NCBI GenBank assembly: GCA_032718475.1
Contig: JAUCBJ010000916.1
Location: 154,784-218,783, forward strand
Source: Nemertoderma westbladi
Taxonomy: Eukaryota; Animalia; Xenacoelomorpha
Length of the DNA stretch: 64,000 bases
Direction: 5' to 3'
Positions within the stretch are counted from its first letter, which is position 1; every line of letters starts with the position of its first letter. Positions 12,001 through 27,000 of the stretch are shown piece by piece. Under the pieces are notes generated by a model, which was not told the origin of the DNA, made no database searches, and saw only the letters and a program-made list of their open reading frames with translations. A program made the translations under genes and the position numbers.

Positions 12001-15000
12001 CTATCCTATTACAGGGGCTGGATCACTCAATCACATACACCCCCGTCACGCCTATCCTATTACAGGGGCTGGATCATTCAATCACATACACCCCCGTCAC
12101 GCCTATCCTATTACAGGGGCTGGATCACTCAATCACATACACCCCCGTCACGCCTATCCTATTACAGGGGCTGGATCACTCAATCACATACACCCGCGTC
12201 ACGGCTATCCCATTACAGGGGCTGGATCACTCAATCACATACACCCCCGTCACGCGTATCCTATTACAGGGGCTGGATCACTCAATCACATACTCCCCCG
12301 TCACGCCTATCCTATTACAGGGTCTGGATCACTCAATCACACACACCCCCGTCACGCATTTCATATTACAGGGGCTGGATCACTCAATCACATACACCCC
12401 CGTCACGCCTATCCTATTACAGGGTCTGGATCACTCAATCACATACACCCCGGTCACGCCTATCCTATTACAGGGGCTGGATCACTCAATCACATACACC
12501 CCCGTCACGCCTATCCTATTACAGGGGCTGGATCATTCAATCACATACACCCCCGTCACGCCTATCCTATTACAGGGGCTGGATCACTCAATCACATACA
12601 CCCCCGTCACGCCTATCCTATTACAGGGGCTGGATCACTCAATCACATACACCCGCGTCACGGCTATCCCATTACAGGGGCTGGATCACTCAATCACATA
12701 CACCCCCGTCACGCGTATCCTATTACAGGGGCTGGATCACTCAATCACATACTCCCCCGTCACGCCTATCCTATTATAGGGGCTGGATCACTCAATCACA
12801 TACACCCCCGTCACGGCTATCCTATTACAGGGGCTGGATCACTCAATCACATACACCCCCGTCACGGCTATCCTATTACAGGGACTAGATCACTCAATGA
12901 CATACACCCCCGTCATTCCTATCCTATTACAGGGGCTGGATCACTCAATGACATACACCCCCGTCACGCCTATCCTATTACAGGGGCTGGATCACTCAAT
13001 CACATACACCCCCGTCACGCCTATCCTATTACAGGGGCTGGATCACTCAATCACATACACCCCCGTCACGCCTATCCTATTACAGGGGCTGGATCACTCA
13101 ATCACATACACCCCCGTTACGCCTATCCTATTACAGGGGCTGGATCACTCAATCACATACACCCCCGTCACGCCTATCCTATTACAGGGGCTGGATCACT
13201 CAATCACATACACCCCCGTCACGCCTATCATATTACAGGGGCTGGATCACTCAATCACATACACCACCGTCACCCCTATCCTATTACAGGGGCTGGATCA
13301 CTCAATCACAAACACCCCCGTCACGGCTATCCTATTACAGGGTGAGATCACTCAATCACATACACCCTGTCACGCATTTCCTATTACAGGGGCTGGATCA
13401 CTCAATCACATACACCCCCGCCACGCCTATCCTATTACAGGGGCTGGATCACTCAATCACATACACCCCCGTTACGCCTATCCTATTACAGGGGCTGGAT
13501 CACTCAATCACATACACCCCCGTCACGCCTATCCTATTACAGGGGCTGGATCACTCAATCACATACACCCCCGTCACGCCTATCATATTACAGGGGCTGG
13601 ATCACTCAATCACATACACCACCGTCACCCCTATCCTATTACAGGGGCTGGATCACTCAATCACAAACACCCCCGTCACGGCTATCCTATTACAGGGTGA
13701 GATCACTCAATCACATACACCCTGTCACGCATTTCCTATTACAGGGGCTGGATCACTCAATCACATACACCCCCGTCACGCCTATCCTATTACAGGGGCT
13801 GGATCACTCAATCACATACACCCCCGTTACGCCTATCCTATTACAGGGGCTGGATCACTCAATCACATACACCCCCGTCACGCCTATCCTATTACAGGGG
13901 CTGGATCACTCAATCACATACACCCCCGTCACGCCTATCATATTACAGGGGCTGGATCACTCAATCACATACACCACCGTCACCCCTATCCTATTACAGG
14001 GGCTGGATCACTCAATCACAAACACCCCCGTCACGGCTATCCTATTACAGGGTGAGATCACTCAATCACATACACCCTGTCACGCATTTCCTATTACAGG
14101 GGCTGGATCACTCAATCACATACACCCCCGCCACGCCTATCCTATTACAGGGTCTGGATCACTCAATCACATACACCCCAGTCACGCCTATCCTATTACA
14201 GGGGCTGGATCACTCAATCACATACAGTCCGTCACGCCTATCCTATTACAGGGGCTGGATCATTCAATCACATACATCCCCGTCACGCCTATCCTATTAC
14301 AGGGGCTGGATCACTCAATCACATACACCCCCGTCACGCCTATCCTATTACAGGGGCTGTATCACTCAATCACATACACCCCCGTCACGCCTATCCTATT
14401 ACAGGGGCTCGATAACTCAATCACACACACCCCCGTCACGCCTATCCTATTACAGGGTCTGGATCACTCAATCACATACACCCCCGTCACGCATATCCTA
14501 TTACAGGGGCTCGATAACTCAATCACACACACCCCCGTCGCGCCTATCCTATTACATGGGCTGGATCACTCATCACATACACCCCGGTCACGCCTATCCT
14601 ATTACAGGGGCTGGATCACTCAATCACATACACCCCCGTCACGCCTATCCTATTACAGGGGATGGATCATTCAATCACATACACCCCCGTCACACCTATC
14701 CTATTACAGGGGCTGGATCACTCAATCACATACACCCCCGTCACGGCTATCCTATTACAGGGGCTGGATGACTCAATCACATAGACCCCCGTCACGCCTA
14801 TCCTATTACAGGGGCTGGATCACTCAATCACATACACCCCCGTCACGCCTATCCTATTACAGGGACTGGATCACTCAATCGCATACACCCCCCCCCCCCC
14901 CCATCACGCCTATCCTATTACATGGGCTGGATCACTCAATCACATACTCCCCCGTCACGCCTATCCTATTACAGGGGCTGGATCACTCAATCACATACAC

Positions 15001-18000
15001 CCCCGTCACCCCTATCCTATTACAGGGGCTGGATCACTCAATCACATACACCCCCGTCACGGCTATCCTATTACAGAGTCTGGATCACTCAATCACATAC
15101 ACCCCCGTCACGCATTTCCTATTACAGGGGCTGGATCACTCAATCACATACACCCCCGTCACGCCTATCCTATTACAGGGTCTGGATCACTCAATCACAT
15201 ACACCCCCGTCACGGCTATCCTATTACAGGGGCTGGATCACTCAATCACATACACCCCCGTCACGCCTATCCTATTACAGGGGCTGGATCACTCAATCAC
15301 ATACACCCCCGTCACGCATATCCTATTACAGGGGGTGGATCACTCAATCGCATACACCCTCATCACGCCTATCCTATTACATGGGCTGGATCACTCAATC
15401 ACATACTCCCCCGTCACGCCTATCCAATTACAGGGGCTGGATCTCTCAATCACATACACCCCCGTCACCCCTATCCTATTACAGGGGCTGGATCACTCAA
15501 TCACATACACCCCCGTCACGGCTATCCTATTACAGGGTCTGCATCACTCAATCACATACACCCCCGTCACGCATTTCCTATTACAGGGCTGGATCACTCA
15601 ATCACATACACCCCCGTCACGCCTATCCTATTACAGGGTCTGGATCACTCAATCACATACACCCCGGTCACGCCTATCCTATTACAGGGGCTGGATCACT
15701 CAATCACATACAGTCCGTCACGCCTATCCTATTACAGGGGCTCGATAACTCAATCACATACACCCCCGTCGCGCCTATCCTATTACATGGGCTGGATCAT
15801 TCAATCACATACACCCCCGTCACGCCTATCCTATTACATGGGCTGGATCACTCAATCACATACACCCCCGTCACGCCTATCCTATTACAGGGGATGGATC
15901 ATTCAATCACATACACCCCGGTCACGCCTATCCTATTACAGGGGCTCGATAACTCAATCACACACACCCCCGTCACGCCTATCCTATTACAGTGTCTGGA
16001 TCACTCAATCACATACACCCCCGTCACGCCTATCCTATTACAGGGGCTCGATAACTCAATCACATACACCCCCGTCGCGCCTATCCTATTACATGGGCTG
16101 GATCACTCAATCACATACACCCCCGTCACGCCTATCCTATTACATGGGCTGGATCACTCAATCACATACACCCCCGTCACGCCTATCCTATTACAGGGGC
16201 TCGATAACTCAATCACACACACCCCCGTCACGCCTATCCTATTACAGTGTCTGGATCACTCAATCACATACACCCCCGTCACGCCTATCCTATTACAGGG
16301 GCTCGATAACTCAATCACACACACCCCCGTCACGCCTATCCTATTACAGTGTCTGGATCACTCAATCACATACACCCCCGTCACGCCTATCCTATTACAG
16401 GGGCTCGATAACTCAATCACATACACCCCCGTCGCGCCTATCCTATTACATGGGCTGGATCACTCAATCACATACACCCCCGTCACGCCTATCCTATTAC
16501 ATGGGCTGGATCACTCAATCACATACACCCCCGTCACGCCTATCCTATTACAGGGGATGGATCATTCAATCACATACACCCCGGTCACGCCTATCCTATT
16601 ACAGAGGCTGGATCACTCAATCACATACACTCCGTCACGCCTATCCTATTACAGGGGCTGGATCATTCAATCTCATAAACCCCCGTCACGCCTATTCTAT
16701 TACAGGGGCTGAATCACTCAATCACATACACCCCCGTCACGGCTATCCTATTACAGGGGCTGGATCACTCAATCACATACACCCCCGTCACGCCTATCAT
16801 ATTACAGGGGCTGGATCTCTCAATCACATACACCCCCGTCACGCCTATCCTATTACAGGGGCTGTATCACTCAATCACATACACCCATGTCACGGCTATC
16901 CTATTACAGGTGCTGGATCACTCAATCACATACACCCCCGTCACGCCTATCCTATTACAGGGGCTGGATCACTCAATCACACACACCCCCGTCACGGCTA
17001 TCCTATTACAGGGTCTGGATCACTCAATCCCATACACCCCCACCACGCCTATCCTATTACAGGGGCTGTATCACTCAATCACATACACCCATGTCACGGC
17101 TATCCTATTACAGGGGCTGGATCACTCAATCACATACACCCCCGTCACGCCTATCATATTACAGGGGCTGGATCTCTCAATCACATACACCCCCGTCACG
17201 CCTATCCTATTACAGGGGCTGTATCACTCAATCACATACACCCCCGTCACGGCTATCCTATTACAGGGGCTGGATCACTCAATCACATACACCCCCGTCA
17301 CGCCTATCATATTACAGGGGCTGGATCTCTCAATCACATACACCCCCGTCACGCCTATCCTATTACAGGGGCTGTATCACTCAATCACATACACCCATGT
17401 CACGGCTATCCTATTACAGGTGCTGGATCACTCAATCACATACACCCCCGTCACGCCTATCCTATTACAGGGGCTGGATCACTCAATCACACACACCCCC
17501 GTCACGGCTATCCTATTACAGGGTCTGGATCACTCAATCCCATACACCCCCACCACGCCTATCCTATTACAGGGGCTGTATCACGCAATCACATCCACCC
17601 CCGTCACGCCTATCCGATTACAGGGGCTGGATCACTCAATCACATACACCCCCGTCACGCCTATCCTATTACAGGGGCTGGATCACTCAATCACATACAC
17701 CCCCGTCACCCCTATCCTATTACTGGGGCTGGATCACTCAATCACATACACCCCCGTCACGGCTATCATATTACAGGGGCTGTATCACTCAATCACATAC
17801 ACCCCCGTCACGCCTATCCTATTACTGGGGCTGGATCACTCAATCACATACACCCCCGTCACGGCTATCATATTACGGGGGCTGGATTACTCAATCACAT
17901 ACACCCCCGTCACGCCTATCCTATTACAGGGGCTGTATCACTCAATCACATACACCCCCGTCACGCCTATCCTATTACAGGGGCTGGATTACTCAATCAC

Positions 18001-21000
18001 ATACACCCCCGTCACGGCTATCCTATTACAGGGGCTGGATCACTCAATCACATACACCCCGTCACGCCTATCCTATTACAGGGGCTGGATCACTCAATCA
18101 CATAGACCCCCGTCACGCCTATCCTATTACAGGGGCTGGATCACTCAATCACATACACCCCGGTCACGCCTATCCTATTACAGGGGCTGGATCATTCAAT
18201 CACATACACCCCCGTCACGCCTATCCTATTACAGGGTCTGCATCACTCAATCACATACACCCCCGTCACGCTTTTCCTATTACAGGGGCTGGATCACTCA
18301 ATCGCATACACCCCCGTCACGCCTATCCTATTACAGGGTCTGGATCACTCAATCACATACACCCCGGTCACGCCTATCCTATTACAGGGGCTGGATCACT
18401 CAATCACATACAGTCCGTCACGCCTATCCTATTACAGGGGCTGGATCATTCAATCACATACACCCCCGTCACGCCTATCCTATTACTGGGGCTGGATCAC
18501 TCAATCACATACACCTCCGTCACGCCTATCCTATTACAGGGGCTGTATCACTCAATCACATACACCCCCGTCACGCCTATCCTATTACAGGGGCTCGATA
18601 ACTCAATCACACACACCCCCGTCACGCCTATCCTATTACAGGGTCTGGATCACTCAATCACATACACCCCCATCACGCCTATCCTATTACAGGGGCTCGA
18701 TAACTCAATCACACACACCCCCGACGCGCCTATCCTATTACATGGGCTGGATCACTCAATCACATACACCCCGGTCACGCCTATCCTATTACAGGGGTTG
18801 GATCACTCAATCACATACTCCCCCGTCACGCCTATCCTATTACAGAGGATGGATCATTCAATCACATACACCCCCGTCACGCCTATCCTATTACAGGGGC
18901 TGGATCACTCAATCACATACACCCCCGTCACGGCTATCCTATTACAGGGGCTGGATCACTCAATCACATACACCCCCGTCACGCCTATCCTATTACAGGG
19001 GCTGGATCACTCAATCACATACACCCCCGTCACGCCTATCCTATTACAGGGGCTGGATCACTCAATCGCATACACCCCCATCACGCCTATCCTATTACAT
19101 GGGCTGGATCAATCAATCACATACTCCCCCGTCACGCCTATCCTATTACAGGGGCTGGATCACTCAATCACATACACCCCCGTCACCCCTATCCTATTAC
19201 AGGGGCTGGATCACTCACTCACATACACCCCCGTCATGGCTATCCTATTACAGGGTCTGGATCACTCAATCACATACACCCCCGTCACGCATTTCCTATT
19301 ACAGGGGCTGGATCACTCAATCACATGCACCCCTGTCACGCCTATCCTATTACAGGGTCTGGATCACTCAATCACATACACCCCCGTCACGCATTTCCTA
19401 TTACAGGGGCTGGATCACTCAATCACATACACCCCGGTCACGCCTATCCTATTACAGGGGCTGGATCACTCAATCACATACAGTCCGTCACGCCTATCCT
19501 ATTACAGGGGATGGATCATTCAATCACATACACCCCTGTCACGCCTATCCTATTACAGGGGCTGGATCACTCAATCACATACACCCCCGTCACGCCTATC
19601 CTATTACAGGTGCTGTATCACTCAATCACATACACCCCGTCACGCCTATCCTATTACAGGGGTTCGATAACTCAATCACACACACCCCCGTCACGCCTAT
19701 CCTATTACAGGGTCTGGATCACTCAATCACATACATCCCCGTCACGCCTATCCTATTACAGGGGCTCGATAACTCAATCACACACACCCCTGTCGCGCCT
19801 ATCCTATTACATGGGCTGGATCACTCAATCACATACACCCCCGTCACGGCTATCCCATTACAGGGGCTGGATCACTCAATCACATACACCCCCGTCACGC
19901 CTATCCTATTACAGGGGCTGGATCACTCAATCACATACTCCCTCGTCACGCCTATCCTATTATAGGGGCTGGATCACTCAATCACATACACCCCCGTCAC
20001 GGCTATCCTATTACAGGGGCTGGATCACTCAATCACATACACCCCCGTCACACTATCCTATTACAGGGACTGGATCACTCAATGAAATACACCCCCGTCA
20101 CTCCTATCCTATTACAGGGGCTGGATCACTCAATCACATACACCCCCATCACGCCTATCCTATTACAGGGGCTGGATCACGCAATCACATACACCCCCGT
20201 CACGCATTCCCTATTACAGGGGCTGAATCACTCAATCACATACACCCCCGTCACGGCTATCCTATTACAGGGGCTGGATCACTCAATCACATACACCCCC
20301 GTCGCGCCTGTCCTATTACAGGAGCTGGATCACTCAATCACATACACCCCCGTCACGCCTATCATATTACAGGGGCTGGATCACTCAATCACATACTCCC
20401 CCGTTACGGCTATCCTATTACAGGGGCTGGATCACTCAATCACATACACCCCCGTCACGCCTATCCTATTACAGGGGCTCGATAACTCAATCACACACAC
20501 CCCCGTCACGCCTATCCTATTACAGGGGCTGGATCACTCAATCACATACACCCCCGTCACGCCTATCCTATTACAGGGGCTGTATCACTCAATCACACAC
20601 ACCCCCGTCACGGCTATCCTATTACAGGGGCTGGATCACTCAATCACATACACCCCCGTCACGCCTATCCTATTACAGGGGCTCGATAACTCAATCACAC
20701 ACACCCCCGTCACGCCTATCCTATTACAGGGGCTGGATCATTCAATCACATAAACCCCCGTCACGCCTATCCTATTACAGGGGCTGGATCACTCAATCAC
20801 ATACACCCCCGTCACGCATTTCCTATTACAGGGGCTGGATCATTCAATCACATACACCCCGGTCACCCCTATCCTATTACAGGGGCTGGATCACTCAATC
20901 ACATGCACCCCCGTCACGCCTATCCTATTACAGGGTCTGGATCACTCAATCACATACACCCCCGTCACGCATTTCCTATTACAGGGGCTGGATCACTCAA

Positions 21001-24000
21001 TCACATACACCCCGGTCACGCCTATCCTATTACAGGGGCTGGATCACTCAATCACATACACTCCGTCACGCCTATCCTATTACAGGGGCTGGATCATTCA
21101 ATCACATAAACCCCCGTCACGCCTATCCTATTACAGGGGCTGAATCACTCAATCACATACACCCCCGTCACGGCTATCCTATTACAGGGGCTGGATCACT
21201 CAATCACATACACCCCCGTCGCGCCTGTCCTATTACAGGAGCTGGATCACTCAATCACATACACCCCCGTCACGCCTATCATATTACAGGGGCTGGATAT
21301 TTCAATCACATACACCCCCGTCACGCCTATCCTATTACAGGGGCTGGATCACTCAATCACATACACTCCGTCACGCCTATCCTATTACAGGGGCTGGATC
21401 ATTCAATCACATAAACCCCCGTCACGCCTATCCTATTACAGGGGCTCGATAACTCAATCACACACACCCCCGTCACGCCTATCCTATTACAGGGGCTGGA
21501 TCACTCAATCACATACACTCCGTCACGCCTATCCTATTACAGGGGCTCGATAACTCAATCACACACACCCCCGTCACGCCTATCCTATTACAGGGGCTGG
21601 ATCACTCAATCACATACACTCCGTCACGCCTATCCTATTACAGGGGCTGGATATTTCAATCACATAAACCCCCGTCACGCCTATCCTATTACAGGGGCTG
21701 GATCACTCAATCACACACACCCCCGTCACGCCTATCCTATTACAGGGGCTGGATCACTCAATCACATACACTCCGTCACGCCTATCCTATTACAGGGGCT
21801 GGATCATTCAATCACATAAACCCCCGTCACGCCTATCCTATTACAGGGGCTGGATCATTCAATCACATACACCCCCGTCACGCCTATCCTATTACAGGGG
21901 CTGGATCACTCAATCACATACTCCCCCGTCACGCCTATCCTATTACAGGGTCTGGATCACTCAATCACACACACCCCCGTCACGCCTATCCTATTACAGG
22001 GGCTGGATCACTCAATCACACACACCCCCGTCACGCCTATCCGATTACAGGGGCTGGATCACTCAATCACATACACCCCCGTCACGCCTATCCTATTACA
22101 GGGGCTGGATCACTCAATCACATACTCCCCCGTCACGCCTATCCTATTACAGGGGCTGGATCACTCAATCACATACACCCCCGTCACCCCTATCCTATTA
22201 CAGGGGCTGGATCACTCAATCACATACACCCCCGTCACGCTTATCCTATTACAGGGGCTGGATCACTCAATCACATACACCCCCGTCACGGCTATCCTAT
22301 TACAGGGGCTGGATCACTCAATCACATACTCCCCCGTCACGCCTATCCTATTACAGGGGCTGGATCACTCAATCACATACACCCCCGTCACCCCTATCCT
22401 ATTACAGGGGCTGGATCACTCAATCACATACACCCCCGTCACGCTTATCCTATTACAGGGGCTGGATCACTCAATCACATACACCCCCGTCACGCCTATC
22501 CTATTACAGGGGCTGGATCACTCAATCACATACTCCCCCGTCACGCCTATCCTATTACAGGGGCTGGATCACTCAATCACATACACCCCCGTCACCCCTA
22601 TCCTATTACAGGGGCTGGATCACTCAATCACATACACCCCCGTCACGCTTATCCTATTACAGGGGCTGGATCACTCAATCACACACACCCCCGTCACGCC
22701 TATCCTATTACAGGGGCTGAATCACTCAATCACATACACCCCCGTCACGCCTATCCTATTACAGGGGCTGGATCACTCAATCACATACACCCCCGTCACG
22801 GCTATCCTATTACAGGGGCTGGATCACTCAATCACATACACCCCCATCACACTATCCTATTACAGGGACTGGATCACTCAATGAAATACACCCCCGTCAC
22901 TCCTATCCTATTACAGGGGCTGGATCACTCAATCACATACACCCCCATCACGCATATCCTATTACAGGGGCTGGATCACGCAATCACATACACCCCCGTC
23001 ACGCATTTCCTATTACAGGGGCTCGATAACTCAATCACACACACCCCCGTCACGCCTATCCTATTACATGGGCTGGATCACTCAATCACACACACCCCCG
23101 TCACGCCTATCCTATTACAGGGGCTGGATCATTCAATCAAATACACCCCCGTCATGCCTCTCCTATTACAGGGGCTCGATAACTCAATCACACACACCCC
23201 CGTCACGCCTATCCTATTACATGGGCTGGATCACTCAATCACACACACCCCCGTAACGCCTATCCTATTACAGGGGCTGGATCATTCAATCACATACACC
23301 CCCGTCATGCCTCTCCTATTACAGGGGCTGGATCACTCAATCACATACACCCCCGTCACGCCTATCTTATTACAGGGGCTGGATCATTCAATCACATACA
23401 CCCCCGTCACGCCTATCCTATTACATGGGCTGGATCACTAAATCACATACACCCCCGTCACGCCTATCCTATTACAGGGTCTGGATTACTCAATCACATA
23501 CACCCCGGTCATGCCTATCATATTACAGGGGCTGGATCACTCAATCACATACACCGCCGTAACGCCTATCCTATTACAGGGGCTGGATCATTCAATCACA
23601 TACACCCCCGTCACGCCTATCCTATTACAGGGGCTGGATCACTCAATCACATACACCCCCGTCACGCCTATCCTATTACGGGGGCTGGATCATTCAATCA
23701 CATACACCCCCGTCACGCCCATCCTATTACATGGGCTGGATCACTAAATCACATACACCCCCGTCACGCCTATCCTATTACAGGGGCTGGATCATTCAAT
23801 CACATACACCCCCGTCACGCCTATCCTATTACAGGGGCTGGATCACTCAATCACATACTCCCTCGTCACGCCTATCCTATTATAGGGGCTGGATCACTCA
23901 ATCACATACACCCCCGTCACGGCTATCCTATTACAGGGGCTGGATCACTCAATCACATACACCCCCATCACACTATCCTATTACAGGGACTGGATCACTC

Positions 24001-27000
24001 AATGAAATACACCCCCGTCACTCCTATCCTATTACAGGGGCTGGATCACTCAATCACATACACCCCCATCACGCATATCCTATTACAGGGGCTGGATCAC
24101 GCAATCACATACACCCCCGTCACGCATTTCCTATTACAGGGGCTCGATAACTCAATCACACACACCCCGTCACGCCTATCCTATTACATGGGCTGGATCA
24201 CTCAATCACACACACCCCCGTCACGCCTATCCTATTACAGGGGCTGGATCATTCAATCAAATACACCCCCGTCATGCCTCTCCTATTACAGGGGCTCGAT
24301 AACTCAATCACACACACCCCCGTCACGCCTATCCTATTACATGGGCTGGATCACTCAATCACACACACCCCCGTAACGCCTATCCTATTACAGGGGCTGG
24401 ATCATTCAATCACATACACCCCCGTCATGCCTCTCCTATTACAGGGGCTGGATCACTCAATCACATACACCCCCGTCACGCCTATCTTATTACAGGGGCT
24501 GGATCATTCAATCACATACACCCCCGTCACGCCTATCCTATTACATGGGCTGGATCACTAAATCACATACACCCCCGTCACGCCTATCCTATTACAGGGT
24601 CTGGATTACTCAATCACATACACCCCGGTCATGCCTATCATATTACAGGGGCTGGATCACTCAATCACATACACCGCCGTAACGCCTATCCTATTACAGG
24701 GGCTGGATCATTCAATCACATACACCCCCGTCACGGCTATCCTATTACAGGGGCTGGATCACTCAATCACATACACCAACGTCACGCCTATCCTATTACG
24801 GGGGCTGGATCATTCAATCACATACACCCCCGCCACGCCTATCCTATTACATGGGCTGGATCACTAAATCACATACACCCCCGTCACGCCTATCCTATTA
24901 CAGGGGCTGGATCATTCAATCACATACACCCCCGTCACGCCTATCCTATTACAGGGGCTGGATCACTCAATCACATACACCCCCGTCACGCCTATCCTAT
25001 TACAGGGGCTGGATCACTCAATCACATACACCCCCGTCACGCCTATCCTATTACAGGGGCTGGATCACTCAATCACATACACCCCCGTCACGCCTATCCT
25101 ATTACGGGGGCTGGATCATTCAATCACATACACCCCCGCCACGCCTATCCTATTACATGGGCTGGATCACTAAATCACATACACCCCCGTCACGCCTATC
25201 CTATTACAGGGGCTGGATCATTCAATCACATACACCCCCGTCACGCCTATCCTATTACAGGGGCTGGATCACTCAATCACATACACCCCCGTCACGCCTA
25301 TCCTATTACAGGGGCTGGATCACTCAATCACATACACCCCCATCACCGCTATCCTATTACAGGGGCTGGATCACTCAATCACATACACCCCGTCACGCCT
25401 ATCCTATTACAGGGGCTGGATATTTCAATCACATACACCCCCGTCACGCCTATCCTATTACAGGGTCTGGATCACTCAATCACATACACCCCCGTCACGC
25501 CTATCCTATTACAGGGTCTGGATCACTCAATCACATACACCCCCGTCACGCCTATCCTATTACAGGGGCTGGATCACTCAATCACATACACCCCCGTCAC
25601 GGCTATCCTATTACAGGGGCTGGATCACTCAATCACATACACCCCCGTCACGCCTATCCTATTACAGGGGCTGGATCACTCAATCACATACACCCGCGTC
25701 ACGCCTATCCTATTACAGGGGCTGGATCACTCAATCGCATACACCCCCGTCACGGCTATCCTATTACAGGGTCTGGATCACTCAATCACATACACCCCAG
25801 TCACGCATTTCTTATTACAGGGGCTGGATCACTCAATCACATACACCCCTGTCACGCCTATCCTATTACAGGGTCTGGATCACTCAATCACATACACCCC
25901 GGTCACGCCTATCCTATTACAGGGGCTGGATCACTCAATCACATACAGTCCGTCACGCCTATCCTATTACAGGGGCTGGATCAATCAATCACATACACCC
26001 CCGTCACGCCTATCCTATTACAGGGTCTGGATTACTCAATCACATACACCCCGGTCATGCCTATCATATTACAGGGGCTGGATCACTCAATCACATACAC
26101 CCCCGTAACGCCTATCCTATTACAGGGGCTGGATCATTCAATCACATACACCCCCGTCACGCCTATCCTATTACAGGGGCTGGATCACTCAATCACATAC
26201 ACCCCCGTCACGCCTATCCTATTACAGGGGCTGGATCATTCAATCACATACACCCCCGTCACGCCTATCCTATTACATGGGCTGGATCACTCAATCACAC
26301 ACACCCCCGTCACGGCTATCCTATTACGGGGGCTGGATCACTCAATCACATACACCCCCATCACGCCTATCCTATTACAGGGGCTGGATCATTCAATCAC
26401 ATACACCCCCGTCATGCCTCTCCTATTACAGGGGCTGGATCACTCAATCACATACACCCCCGTCACGCCTATCTTATTACAGGGGCTGGATCATTCAATC
26501 ACATACACCCCCGTCACGCCTATCCTATTACATGGGCTGGATCACTAAATCACATACACCCCCGTCACGCCTATCCTATTACAGGGTCTGGATTACTCAA
26601 TCACATACACCCCGGTCATGCCTATCATATTACAGGGGCTGGATCACTCAATCACATACACCGCCGTAACGCCTATCCTATTACAGGGGCTGGATCATTC
26701 AATCACATACACCCCCGTCACGCCTATCCTATTACAGGGGCTGGATCACTCAATCACATACACCCCCGTCACGCCTATCCTATTACAGGGGCTGGATCAT
26801 TCAATCACATACACCCCCGTCACGCCTATCCTATTACATGGGCTGGATCACTCAATCACATACACCCCCGTCACACTATCCTATTACAGGGACTGGATCA
26901 CTCAATGACATACACCCCCGTCACGCCTATCCTATTACAGGGGCTGGATCACTCAATGACATACACCCCCGTCATGCCTATCCTATTACAGGGGCTGGAT

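Noticed and set aside
14888-14902. Poly-C expansion in one monomer, and poly-C runs near 59750, 60600 and 63512
   Set aside because: Simple homopolymer slippage or sequencing-length uncertainty, with no supporting structure.
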